NCBI GenBank assembly: GCA_021613535.1
Contig: CP075494.1
Coordinates: forward strand, 16,430,001 to 16,494,000
Origin: Adineta vaga
Taxonomy: Eukaryota; Animalia; Rotifera
Reading direction: 5' to 3'
DNA length: 64,000 bases
Shown here: positions 11,342 to 23,671 of the stretch, in pieces
Position numbering within the stretch: position 1 is the first letter of the stretch
How the letters are laid out: every line of letters starts with the position of its first letter
Notes under the pieces: generated by a model
What the model was told of the DNA's origin: nothing
What the model saw: the letters and a program-made list of their open reading frames with translations, nothing else
Database searches by the model: none
Program-made: the position numbers and the translations under genes

Positions 11342-14300
11342 ATTTTGATTTTATCCATCTTGTATATTTTCGTACTGAATCATAATCAAAATAAATGCAA
11401 AAACTTCAAATCTTATCCGAAATTTATATGTACTGTTAAAAGTGCATATGAGAGAAAGATGTTTGATGAGTCATTTTTGAGCAAATTTGTATTGATAAAA
11501 AACTATATGAGAGCATGTCCACGTAAAGTGATACTTCGCTGATTAAGTCTTAAAACATTTTTTGTCAATAACAACACTTCTAAACGGTATTCTATATGCA
11601 GATTTTAGTGCTGATTACGAATCTGACATTCGTTTTATGAAAAACTGAGGTTTTTCTTTATGGAAGTAGATTTTTAACTTTTTTAAATCGTATTTTTGGT
11701 GCGCTTAGCAGAAATTTTCTTCAAAGTGTGTCGTTTTATATATCTTTCGATGCAGAATTTCATTCTCTACAAAAGATTCATTTATTATATTTGATTTGAA
11801 TGGTATCTTTTGAAAAAATTGATGAACAAATGGATGCACTACAAGTTTAGGGTCCTTTTATGTCATGGTGTTACGCGACATTAAAATGGTTGCAGAGATA
11901 CGAAAGTTGTTTCATTTAGATCTACAACTAAATTCATACAGAAATCTTCAAAACATGATCTTCGTTGAGTTTTACATTAGATTTGAAATGCTGTTTTTTA
12001 ACCATTGAATGATTTTTAAAAGTTTATCATTATACTACCCATGCCGTGACCTTTTTGACGATACTGGCGGTACAACGTGGCTTTCCGCCGATACTTTCCG
12101 TGATTCCCGGTTCTAGCAATGAACCCCACTAAAGTATGCTCTTATGTTCAGAATATCTCTGAAAAACTGGTTTCGAAACTTATTCGCCAAAAAAAGATTT
12201 TTTGCAGCGCCATCTATATTGAAATGCTGAAAAAATCATAATTCTCTTTGTGAATCGTTTCACAGGCTTTGAGATCGATTTAGCCGGTTTGATATTTTTC
12301 GTTTTAGGAGAGTTTTGAAATCACGGTTTTATTTTCATTCGAACTTCTTTTATCTTTTGTTATTAACAAACCATGTCAGATTTTGCACTACATTCGTATT
12401 ATATACTCATTCTATACATGCAAAAGGTTTTACTAAAGAACATGAGAGAAATTTAATATTATGCGGATATGATACAAAAGAACGACTGAAAAAGAAAAGA
12501 TTCGTGACATTAATTTTATTGATTTGACTGTATTATTTACATCCTTCATTTAACAAGAATTCTGGACAGAAGTGATGTTCACTCATTTGTTCGTCACCTT
12601 CCCATATCAGAAGTTGAAATAAATATCAAAATCTCCATAATACCTGATTTATTTACTCTTTCGTCAAATGAATTGTTAACACAACAGCTCAGTCTTGGAT
12701 TTCATTTTTAATAAAATCCAAGACCATGGTATCAAATTACAACATGTGTGCTACGAATTCAATATAAGACATAGGTGCAATATTCTCAAACATATTCTTT
12801 TCTCTCACGTGGGCATATTTCCTTTTGAAACTATATTTACCAGTTCGTCATTACGTGTTTGTATCGATGCTTCCAAAGGTTTCAACTCCAAATTCAAACA
12901 TAAATATTTACATTTCTAACAACATAGAAATTAACAATCTTCATCTACTTCATATTTCGCTTTATTAAAAACTGTTTTCACAATTCTAATACCTACTTGC
13001 AGCCTGAAGCAACAAACATTCATGGCTCAGAAAAAGTACATCTGATGACAAGTTATAGGCATATACCATCCGTTATGAATCTTTATCGTCTTTTTATCAT
13101 TATTACGATTGAATGAGAAAATTACAGAATCAGAATTATTGTTAATTATACTGTTCCATACCTACCATACCGAATTGAGACAACAGCTCTTCTCGACCAA
13201 TAATAAAATCTTACTAAACGATGACGCATATGTTATTGCTTAAATTTACCAGTTCTACAACACAAAGGACTGCACAAAAGAGCATGAAGGAAACTTACTA
13301 TTAAGCTTTAGATACGATGCAACTATGAGACATCTGAACGACAAACGATTATTTCAATTCTCACCGCTAACTGTACAGTATTTATGAAAATGATAACAGT
13401 TTATTATTTGTTCAAGTACCATCCTTCATATAAAGCAGTACGCCTAGAATGATTGTATCTCAATGCAATGAAGATATTTCAGCATATTAGAAGTTTTTAT
13501 CGTGTTTACTAAAGATAAAGCGACTGCTTCATTATGTTACGATTACGCATGCACATTAAAACTTTTTATTAACCAACATCCTGGTGTAAAATTCGAAGTC
13601 TATGTATTTTAATGAAATTTCTCACATCATTAACCATGGCAATCGATCGATTTCACCTTAAAAACCATAAGTTAAAAATTTACCAAGCAGTCATGAAGCA
13701 TAATTATGCAAATCAGAATAACATTATGCTTTTCTATTAATACAGAAGTGGCTATGGACGAGGGGATTCTTATGCGTCTAAAATCCAAAGTTTGCGCCAT
13801 GAATACAGCTTTTTAAAGGACTAATAAAATATTTTTGAGTGTACTTTTTTATCTTACAAACCATGGTTTTTTTACGATTTTCTTTGTTTATTTCGTAATA
13901 AAAGTATTATAGTGGGAAAAAATAACTTTCATAAATATTGTCTTCGAAATTTTGTCCTACCCGATGATTATGTGATTATGAAACAAGTACTGATTTATAT
14001 TATTTACTTGAATAATGTTTATCACCACTAGAAGATGCTATTATTTCTGATAAAAGATTTATGGCTGGTCGAAATAATTTTTTAAGTAATAGTCTCATTG
14101 CTCATAAAACAGAAATTAAATCTATAATAATTAGTAATGATAATAAAAAAATCATTTAATGTTCAATAGATAATTGCATTAAAGTATTTGATATACAATC
14201 AATTGTTTTATCAATGAGTGAATATGAAAAATCTACAAACAAATTTTATTTTAGAAAATAGTTCACAAATTAATAGTTGTTGTCTTTATAATGAATCAAC

Positions 14301-14414
14301 AGTCATTCGTTCAACTTGGGATACAGTACTTCTCCCTAATAACGACAATAAAGTGATTTTTCGTTCTGATAACAGCGTCCATCTAATTTGTGTCCTTAAT
14401 AACAACACATCCCT

Positions 14415-15261
14415 ATTAAAAGTCTTTGGGATGATTTTGGAATAAAAGAATGTTACGATAGACAACGGGAATATCAATTAATCGATGCAGCTAAATAGTA
14501 GAAAAGAATCTTACTAATGAAAAATGAAGAAATTATTTTTTGTTTTTGTTAAGTTTTTTGGATAATATCGATCGAATTAGTGCACCTAGTTATATATTAA
14601 CTGAAGAAGACATTTTATGTGTTCAAATTCTTACTACTGAAATTGTTGAATATCCAATTAATCTCGACAATATTATTTTTCGGTAAAGAATTAATATTAT
14701 TTTGAATAGAGAATACGGTTGTTTTTTCTTTTATTAAAACTAGGCTCATTGACACTGGTAGAAAATGTTCAGAACATCGAAAATGGATTCATTATTTTGA
14801 GAATGTTACTTCAACCATATTTCTTTTCGCATTCGATGAATATGATCAAATTCTTGTTGAATTTGATAATAAAGTAAAAAAAATATTGAATTTTATTGTT
14901 TGTTTTTAAATATTAAAAAAAAACGTTCAAAATTAGACTAGAATGGAAGAGAGTACAGAATTATTTCATAAAATGATAACTTATCCATGGTTTAAGAATT
15001 CATCTGTAATTCTTTTTTTAAATAAAAAAGATTCATTGGAAGAAAAAATGATGCATTCACATTTAATTGATTATTTTCCAGAATTTGATGGTAAAATTTA
15101 TTAAATTATAGAAAAAAAACCTCAATTTTAAATCTTAGGTCCTAAACGTGCTGCACAATCTGCACGTGAATTTATTCTTAAAATGTATGTTGATCTCAAT
15201 CCATATGATAATAAGATTATCTATTCACATTTTACTTGTGCAACTAATATGAACATAGAAT
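14415..15261 (+). pseudogene. GNAQ: Degenerate, truncated heterotrimeric G-protein alpha-q copy with introns
   Basis: Exons translate to [22 protein letters not shown] / FLDNIDRI..EYPINLDNIIFR / [22 protein letters not shown] / [23 protein letters not shown] / [27 protein letters not shown] is changed to DTGRK and RVRVPTTG to CVQILTTE. The P-loop exon was not found and the C-terminal helix is missing. Confidence 0.85.
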
Positions 15262-15347
15262 ATCTTGAGGGTGGGTGTGGGTGGGTGTGGGTGTGGGTGT
15301 GGGTAAAGGTACGTATCTTTCTCTTATGTATACACACTCACACTCTT
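15262..15347. repeat. Telomere-repeat palindrome with the longest G arm
   Basis: ATCTTGAGGGTGGGTGTGGGTGGGTGTGGGTGTGGGTGTGGGT...TACACACTCACACTCTT. Confidence 0.9.
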
Positions 15348-15874
15348 ATTTCACAGATTTTAAGAATCATTGTTAAGCATCTGAACCCACTTGGAAGCTT
15401 TCAGACGGCTAGAAAATCATTTTCTAGAGTCAGCGAAAGTGCATCTTTTTTAGGGTGCATTTATAGGACGTTTTTCTTTTCGCGTCGGTTAAAGTTCGAA
15501 AATAAAACATACCTGGTGACTTTTCTGTCTATTTTAACATCAAATAAGACCTTTTCAGCTGAATAAATGCGCTGTAAAAGATAAGAATTTTTGCAAAAGG
15601 ATTCTTTGCTCTGCGCTTATTTTCATTATTTGCTGATAGATACAATTGATGCGAAGATAACATCAATTTCGACATGATTAAATGTCCTCTCTCATATATA
15701 AATTGAAAGCATTCTGTTATGCGACTATCAAGTTGAGTATCAAGATCTCAGTTCGATGGTTTCGTAAATAGTATTGACGAAATGGTCATCTTCCATTGAC
15801 TTATATTCATATTTGTAGATAACTACTCAACATACTTTACATTTATTTTTTCAAATAAAAAACCTAGTTGAAGT

Positions 15875-18800
15875 ATGATATGTGATTATGAACAAGTTGG
15901 TACAAATAACATTATTCAGCAGAGTGAATTGTTAACAGAAGAAGCGACATCAGTCTACAATGAGCTATCATCTAAAAAACAACAGCAAAAACATGTATTA
16001 CACAAGTATGATTAAATCTATTACATGAATATATTCTATACAGTTCTAATGTATCAATTTGTTTAGTCTATATCTATATTCAATTTATAAGATAGCAAAA
16101 AATAAATGGTCCTATGCTATCTTGTTATTGGTACTTGTAATAGGTACAAGTGCTGCTGTATTTATTAGTCATCAAACAAAACAAGATCAAAACGAAATCA
16201 TCGTGAAAAGTCAAAGTATAGTTGTTTTTTTTTAATAATTAATAATAAATTAAGTAATATCGAACAAACCGTTTTGATAAAATAATCATTTGGTTGGATG
16301 TAGAGTGGAACTCTAAATGATCAGATTGCTTGAATAGATCGAATCTGTTTACATGTGTATAACATTAAACGTTTCCATTCACAACTTCTAGAGCAATGAT
16401 TAATAAAAAAGTAGAATATATAACCTAGAGACAAACGCTTTGAAATCGACGGAGAACCCATGGTCAGGCGCCATGAACTTTTGACAGGATTTTAGCAAAC
16501 GATCCTCGCCCGTATTAGAATCTAACCATAACGAGACGATGTAACAGCTATTCAAAGCTAGTAAACCACAAAAGATAATCTATACTGTAACATAGCGCAA
16601 CCCTAAACACAACTTCCATCGGTTACGGGCCGCATGGGACGACCTGAGTATTATCTTATCTTATTCACAAAGCAATTCATATAGTATCGGAAAAAAGGAA
16701 TATTTTGTTTTATTACAGAAACATCCTCAAATGAAGAATGGTACGATAATTATCAATCAGACGAAGAAGATTCGCGTGAATATTATTCAAAAAATTCTCG
16801 ATCTTCTTCTGTATGTATTTTTCTAATAATTATATAATTACTATTTTACTTTTAAGAAAGTTAAATCACCTAAAGATATTGGATATTTTAATGTTTATAT
16901 TCGTGAAAATTTACATGAAAATAGTCGACGAGCATTTCAGCGATATCAATTTCCAGCTGCTCGTTATAATCGTCATGAATTTCGTACGAATTTCTTTTCT
17001 GTTATTATTCAATTTAAATAGTATTTAATTTAGCTATAAAGGGTCCATTTCTGAATTTTCAATTGACATTGTCGATATTTGTACATCCACGTACACGTCA
17101 AACAATTATTTATTCATCAAAAAATGAAGGTCACTATATGATTATTTTCAAAATAACATTCACTGAAAAAGAAAATATTTTTTTATTTTTTTAGTTTATC
17201 TTTTACCTGCATTATATAATAAACATGAAGAAATCTTTTCAATTGGTGAACTTATTGCTTCTGGATATGCTACATTTACACCAGATGATATTAAAATGAA
17301 AACATCTTATGATATAACAAATCTATTTCATGAAAAACGATGTAAGTCTATTCTTTCGCTTTAATGAAGTTTTTCAAATAGTTCGATCTTTCTTTCGAAT
17401 AGTGATGCAATCTGGTTTACCAAAGATAAATCCATTCACAGGTGCTTTTACCGATGGAATTTATACAAAACTTCGATCCTCTTTCGTATCAAAACATTCA
17501 GAAAAGAGAACATACAATAGAATTTCTAATGACGAAGATTATAATCGTCAAGATTCATCATATTCACGTAATCCATATTATTCTAAACCACGATCACGAT
17601 CGCGCTATGACGGTAATATACAAATGATAAATATATCATCTTATAATACAAAGAAGTATTTTGTTCGTGAAATTAAAGCTGTATATTACTAATTTCAACT
17701 TGAATTAGATATTTTCTTAATAATAGGAGAAATTTGAGAACAAATCCAATCAAAACTGAGGTTGCAGAATTCTCAATGATTGTGATAAATAAAACCTATT
17801 GATTCGAATCAACTATGAATTTCTACTAGATTTGTTATAGAATTCGATTAAATCTGTTTATAGGAGGTATTTTCAAATGAGAATGTCTTTTATTTTATAG
17901 ATGTTTCGACAAAAAAAACAACACGAACTACAACAACATCAAACGATATACCAATTGAACTCAAATTCGTTGAAGAAATTAAAATGTCTGATGTAATGAA
18001 GCATCTTAAGAAGTTGCAAAGCATCGCATCTAGTAACAATAATATTCGAGCAGCATTCACAAATGGTTTTGACGAAACAATGAATTATATATACGAATAT
18101 CTTTCAAAAAACACAAATTTTAAACTAACAAGAAGATCATTTCAGACAAGAAAGTTCTTACTTGGCGCAAATCCAAAATTAACAACATCAATTGATGGTG
18201 TCATAAAAGATCGTAATTATTCATTAGTTTTGAGTGAATCAGAATTTTTTTTCATGGACTATTCGAGAGCAATCGATATGGATGAATTTATTCCAATCAA
18301 TATTATTCCAAATTTAGGGTGTAATGAAGAAGATTGGATTGCTGCAAATCCTTCTCCATCTAGTCAAGTAGCATTGGTTAAACGAGGTGAATGTAATTTT
18401 ATTCAAAAAACTGATTTGGCATTGAAATATGGTGCTCGTGCTATTTTGATATACAACGACGGTGTAACTGCTGATCGTACTCTAGTTATTGGTACTCTAA
18501 CCGCTAGTACTAATGAGATGCCAGCATTATTCTTGTCATATTATCTCGGTCAAGAACTGGTTACAGCTGCTCAAAAATCATCAAGTAGTGTTATGGTTCG
18601 TCTTTCTATCTACATTAGAGATGACTCGATTGGTACTACTGAAAATATTTGTGCTGATACATTGACAGGCGATCCATCTCAAACAATTATTATCGGTGGT
18701 AGTAGTGATAGTACAAGTTTCGGACCAGGACTTAATGACAATGGTAATTAATCGACTTGAATTCGTTTCTTTATGTCTTTTTTATTTCAGGTAGTGGTAT

Positions 18801-19539
18801 TTCAGGTATACTCGCTTTAGCTAAAACTCTTTTTCGGCTTTTGAAAACTTCCACGTATACTGAATACAAATATCGAGTCCGATTTTGCTGGTGGACTGCA
18901 GCTAACGAGGGTGTGGGTTCAACGGCTTATATAAACGAAGCAAAAAATTCTATTAGTGTTGGTGAACGTCTTAATGATCATTTACTCTATCTTAATTACG
19001 ATGCGATTGGTTCACCAAATTTCAAGTTTGGAATTAGAGATGGTGAGTCGCTTGTTGATAGCTTTCCAGACGAAGTCTTTTCAGGTATTCAAAAAATCAC
19101 GAATCTTTATAAAGATTGGTTCATTAAAAATAATTTGCCATGGGATCTTACTGATATTGATGACAATACTGGTGATACACCATTTTATTCAGAAAATATT
19201 GTTGTTGGAGGTTTATTCAGTGGTGAGACTGATATTAAAACACAAGAACAACGTGATCGATATGAAGAAATGCTTGGAAACGGTCGTGGTGGAATAGCAA
19301 ATACCCCTTTTGATCCATGTCAGGGTTTACCATGTGATACGATACAAAATGTTAATGTCTTTGCTCTTGAAAAGATGATCAAAGCAGCTGCTTATGCCTT
19401 GGAGTATTTGGGTAGACAAGATGATTTGAAAGCTTGGCTTTCTTCATCTTTTCCAACTCAACGATTAGCTAAAGCATCAGTTAAAAAAGAAAAGCACATG
19501 TCACACAAAGGGTGCTCTAATGGAAGATGTCGTACATAA
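15875..19539 (+). CDS. PA-domain M28 (aminopeptidase S/Y-like) homolog, probably membrane-anchored and catalytically dead
   Basis: PA domain (ALVKRGECNF..K...A...GA.AILIYN) and M28 landmarks (NICADT..GDP, GPGLNDNGSG, VRFCWW, YLNYD, DPC) in ORFs 17984-19539 joined by a short intron. Upstream exons (ATG 15875, hydrophobic WSYAILLLVLVIGTSAAVFI) are inferred to belong to the same gene. Confidence 0.75.
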
Positions 19540-20123
19540 GAATATTTTCTAATCAACATATTATGTTTTATTCAAGAATAAGTATTTAAAAAAATTGCGA
19601 TTGATTGATTTTTTAATAAATTTTACTTTTCATTTGATAATGAATCAAGTTATTTTTGTTATTTGAAACCAGCATCAATGTAGGATTTATGAGGAGAGAG
19701 ATGAGCCACGCTGGAATGTCTGTGCATCAAAATTATCGTGAAAAATCTTTTCGATGACTTGTTTTTCAATGAATTAATGTGTTTGTCTCTATCAGGACTA
19801 CAGTCGTAAGCAACTTTATAAATATATAAGAGGTATATGATACATACAAACATTAGTATTTGCATAATAGATCAACGATATTAATAACTATAGAGATTGG
19901 GTTTTTACTATTTGATAGTCCTCTTGACTAGGTACAAAGCCAGAAATTTGCGAAATCACAAAACTACTGACCATTTCAGAATGGAGTTTGTGCGTATGTT
20001 GAGGCTTGTTTCAGACAAAGTTTTGATAGAAAACTACGGTCTAGATTCAAACTGATATCAGATTTAAAACCAGCGTTAAGAACTAAATCAATCCATTAGG
20101 GTCCGACGGGATTATCCCGATCC

Positions 20124-20190
20124 CATCTTGAGGGTGCGGGTGTGGGTACTACATTTATCTAACACCTATACACCGCACCCACCCTCAAAT
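20124..20190. repeat. Telomere-repeat palindrome, spacer class A
   Basis: CATCTTGAGGGTGCGGGTGTGGGT-ACTACATTTATCTAA-CACCTATACACCGCACCCACCCTCAAAT. Confidence 0.9.
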
Positions 20191-20358
20191 AGTCTTGTTT
20201 TGACAGTCGACTGCAACAGATCTTTTTCCTTTTTTCGTTCTTCATGTGCTTATCGATGAATCACGATGACAACTTCATTATCGTTATGTCAATAAACACG
20301 TGTATCGTATGACAAAAATAAAGAACGCTTTTACTTTGTTAAGAAATTGTTTTTTAAG

Positions 20359-22185
20359 ATGGAAAGCACAAAACGTATTAAGTGTGAAAAAACGTCGTTT
20401 AATTGTTTACCAAATGAAATTCTTTTGATGATATTTGAGTATCTATCTGCAAATGATATTATTTATACATTCTTTTTTCTAACTGAACGATTAAATAATT
20501 TCTTATTACACAATCAACGTTATTTCAACTATTTGGAATTACCAACAGCAGATTTAGATATATGGGAAATCATTTTATCAATAATTGGTTCAAAAATCAA
20601 ATGTTTAAATATAACAACAACTCATTTATTCTTTCCGTTAAAATATTTTCCAAATCTAAAATCATTAATGATTTCTTCATTATACGGTTTATCAGAAGAG
20701 AAATTGACATATATCATTGAAAATGATCTATTTAAAAATTTATCTTCATTAAAAATCAAACAAGAAAAGATATTTCCCAATCCATATCTTCCAGATAATG
20801 TTATTTGTGGAGATAAGATTTTGAAAAACGTTTTTAATGAAAATAATTCATTAGAAATATTTGAATATTCATTAATGATAAGACCATCTGTCATTTATTC
20901 AAATACAAATAAACTTCAAATTAATTTTAATTTTAATTTACATTCATTAACATTAGCATTAAGTTGTTTTGAACACATATTTGCTGTGATTCAATTTACA
21001 CCAAATTTAAAATATTTCAATGTTAAAACACAAATACCTTTTGCGAATGAACAACCACCAATTGAGAAAACTAATGTTAAATTAAACGAATTACATTTAA
21101 CATTGAATAAACCTCCTAATAACGATGGTAATATTCATGTAGTAATTGATGAAATAAAACAATTTTCATCGTCATTAGTTTGTTTATCACTCGATTTAGT
21201 TGATTATTCTGTTCGAGGTATAAATGAATTTCCATTTGATAGTTTACAACTTCCACAATTATTGAAATCAATGAAAGAACTGAAAGCATTTCATCTCTAC
21301 ACTAAACAATCTTCTTTTCAATATCATAATAATATTGATTTATCACAATTTAAAGATCAATATTGGTTTAAACAGAATCCATCATTTGGAATGCATGATG
21401 ATTATATTTATACATTACCATTTCATTTCAATAATATTTATGATTGTTTTCAAGATTTTAGTGAAATTAAATCAAATGATTGTAAGATTTTAGAGAGCAA
21501 TTCTCGAATATGGTCTAAAGTTAAATCTATTCAATTGCCTAGAAGATACGGATATGATAGAAATTTTGTAAAAGAACTCAAAATGAAAATGCCAAAGTTA
21601 AATTTAATTAAATTTAATGCTTATGGGACTTCATCTAAAATTCAAACAGATGATTCATCATCTGAAAATATAGATGTTACATTAGATAATGTAAAGACTA
21701 TTCAATTTATTCGAGGATCGATTGAAAATGAAAAGGATTGGATTATTTCTTCATTACCAAATTTAAAACATTTGGTTTTATCTTATACAGAAATACCTTC
21801 AAAAGATAGTCAATTAACTCGAATATTAAATGAAAATATTCAACGATTAGACATAGATGCATATTGTCAAATTGAACAATTAATGGAAATGAATTCTGTT
21901 TGCTTTTCAAATGTTGAAAATATTAATTTTTATTTAAATGATAGTTCAAAAAGTCCAGAATGGTATGCAGAGATTGTTTTGAAAATATTAAAAAAATTTC
22001 AAAATTTAAAGATAATGATGATTTGTATTGCTCATCGGTGTCACGGATATGGAGAATTATCTTTTCCTGAAAAAAATTTGACCAAAATTATTGAATATTT
22101 CAATATGAATGAAATGCATAAAAACTATCAAGTGGAATATTTGAAAGGGTACACTTTATTTTTAAACATGTCTTTTCAAAATTAA
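20359..22185 (+). CDS. F-box protein with LRR-like repeats
   Basis: N-terminal FNCLPNEILLMIFEYL F-box; repeated FPNLKSL/TPNLKYF/LPNLKHL motifs; YTLPF motif; single exon. Confidence 0.85.
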   Translation: MESTKRIKCEKTSFNCLPNEILLMIFEYLSANDIIYTFFFLTERLNNFLLHNQRYFNYLELPTADLDIWEIILSIIGSKIKCLNITTTHLFFPLKYFPNLKSLMISSLYGLSEEKLTYIIENDLFKNLSSLKIKQEKIFPNPYLPDNVICGDKILKNVFNENNSLEIFEYSLMIRPSVIYSNTNKLQINFNFNLHSLTLALSCFEHIFAVIQFTPNLKYFNVKTQIPFANEQPPIEKTNVKLNELHLTLNKPPNNDGNIHVVIDEIKQFSSSLVCLSLDLVDYSVRGINEFPFDSLQLPQLLKSMKELKAFHLYTKQSSFQYHNNIDLSQFKDQYWFKQNPSFGMHDDYIYTLPFHFNNIYDCFQDFSEIKSNDCKILESNSRIWSKVKSIQLPRRYGYDRNFVKELKMKMPKLNLIKFNAYGTSSKIQTDDSSSENIDVTLDNVKTIQFIRGSIENEKDWIISSLPNLKHLVLSYTEIPSKDSQLTRILNENIQRLDIDAYCQIEQLMEMNSVCFSNVENINFYLNDSSKSPEWYAEIVLKILKKFQNLKIMMICIAHRCHGYGELSFPEKNLTKIIEYFNMNEMHKNYQVEYLKGYTLFLNMSFQN

Positions 22186-22878
22186 ACTTTATATTTTATC
22201 AAAATATTTTTAATCAAGACGATTTATTGACGCTAGGACAATTTGTCATACTAATATAATTCGATTAACTTAGAAATATATGAATACGATAACTATTAAG
22301 TTTATAGAATATGTTCTATAGAACTAAGATTTATTGATGCAACTTAATTGTTCGAATAGATTATTTATTAGTTAAAGATTTAGTAATATATCAAGACTTT
22401 TGCCCACCATCACGCTTTATCGTCTCCTTATCATCGCTGATCTCTTGGATTACGTACGGAAAAATATTTAAGTAGATACCGCCGCTAGACTGAGTAGAAG
22501 AAAAACACAGTTAACCGCAGTCTGTATATTATCTCGAATAATATCATTATTTGAATCAATTTATTTTTAAAACATGACTGAAATTTCTAAGGTTATTTTT
22601 CTAATAAGATTATATCACTAAAACTTATTATTTAAAAGTTATCGATTGAAACTAAATTTACCATCATCTTACAACATGAAAAGTTAGAAAAAATAACAGT
22701 TTGACGATTCGCAACGTCTAATAAACCTTTTTTTTGTTTCTTGAAGTGCTTCATAAATCCATTAAGGATTTATATCTTCGTTAAGTGTAATCAAAATGAA
22801 ATTCTTTATACTTTGGAACTTCATAAATCTTTTTCTACGTTTATGAGACCATCATAAACGCTTTTATCGTTGGTTATT

Positions 22879-22947
22879 ATTGAGGGTGTGGGTGTGGGTG
22901 TGGGTGTGCGCGATGAAAGAGAAGACACGCGCAAACATCCACACCCG
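22879..22947. repeat. Telomere-repeat palindrome, spacer class B
   Basis: ATTGAGGG(TGTGGG)3TGTGCGCG-ATGAAAGAGAAGACA-CGCGCAAACATCCACACCCG. Confidence 0.9.
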
Positions 22948-22964
22948 AATTATATAATTTACCG

Positions 22965-23376
22965 AAATCAATTGGTTCTTCTATTGAAGATCGTATTTGT
23001 AGCGAAGATCTTTTACATGATTTTCGTCTATCATCAGGTTTTCTTTATCAAGTTGAATTTCTAACAAAAGATGTTCATATTGATACTTGGATTTGTAATG
23101 GAACAGAAATTTCACCACATTCTATGATACTCTATTGACAAAAATTGTTGTTCATGGTCAAAATCGAAAAGAAGCAATTGAAAAAATGTGTTACGCTCTT
23201 CAACAAACAAATCATTTTGGAATTCAAACAAATTTAGATTTTCTTTGTCAATTAATTTTTTTTTGGAATATCGGTATTTCACCATTTGGCCCAATGGATG
23301 CGATTATGCATTTCGAATTACAAATCATTTAGTTGGAAATTATGAAAATACAGCTGGAATTGAATGTAACTTTGGA
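22965..23376 (+). pseudogene. Urea carboxylase fragment (end of biotin carboxylase domain plus start of carboxyltransferase domain), frameshifted and internally deleted
   Basis: SIEDRICSEDLLHDFRLSSG..IDTWICNGTEISP / YDTLLTKIVVHGQNRKEAI..GIQTNLDFL / WNIGISPFGPMD / YAFRITNHLVGNYENTAGIEC matches the urea carboxylase pattern (YAEDP..F.PS.G; YDPMLAK.IV.G; GI.TNLDYL; W..GVPPSGPMD..FR.AN..VGN...A.LEC). Confidence 0.85.
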
Positions 23377-23382
23377 TGAAGA

Positions 23383-23431
23383 ATCTTGAGGGTGTGGGTC
23401 TAGCTATACTCTTAACCCACACCCACACCCT
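23383..23431. repeat. Telomere-repeat palindrome, spacer class C
   Basis: ATCTTGAGGGTGTGGGT-CTAGCTATACTCTTA-ACCCACACCCACACCCT. Confidence 0.9.
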
Positions 23432-23671
23432 ATATTCTTAATCTTGAAGTAATGAAAATGAAATTAATCATTCATTCTTCTATTCTTTGTCAGATCCGAC
23501 AACTTGTTTCTGTAAATGATGTTCTGTTCAAAATTCGATCAACGTAATATTTTTTTCATTTTTAATTTATGAATATAAAAAACAATACGAAACAATTTAG
23601 CTTTTTATCATACGAACCATGGAGAAAAAAGTCATTATGTGCTCCAGATTTGAAATTGATCTAGAGCGATT

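Noticed and set aside
11510-13800. Possible non-autonomous transposon remnants
   Set aside because: Repeat-like composition, but I could not establish convincing termini, TSDs or coding homology.
15262-15347. True chromosome end or long interstitial telomere tract
   Set aside because: Only a few hexamers, paired with an inverted arm and flanked by ordinary sequence on both sides.
18907-18918. GAGGGTGTGGGT inside the M28 coding exon as another element copy
   Set aside because: No inverted arm or spacer; it encodes EGVG in frame and is probably coincidental, although it lies at the degenerate catalytic motif.
22870-23064. Short ORFs with [16 protein letters not shown] or HTHTH runs (also at 9409, 9524, 25002, 46189, 47651, 59461)
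   Set aside because: These are translations of the palindrome arms, not genes.
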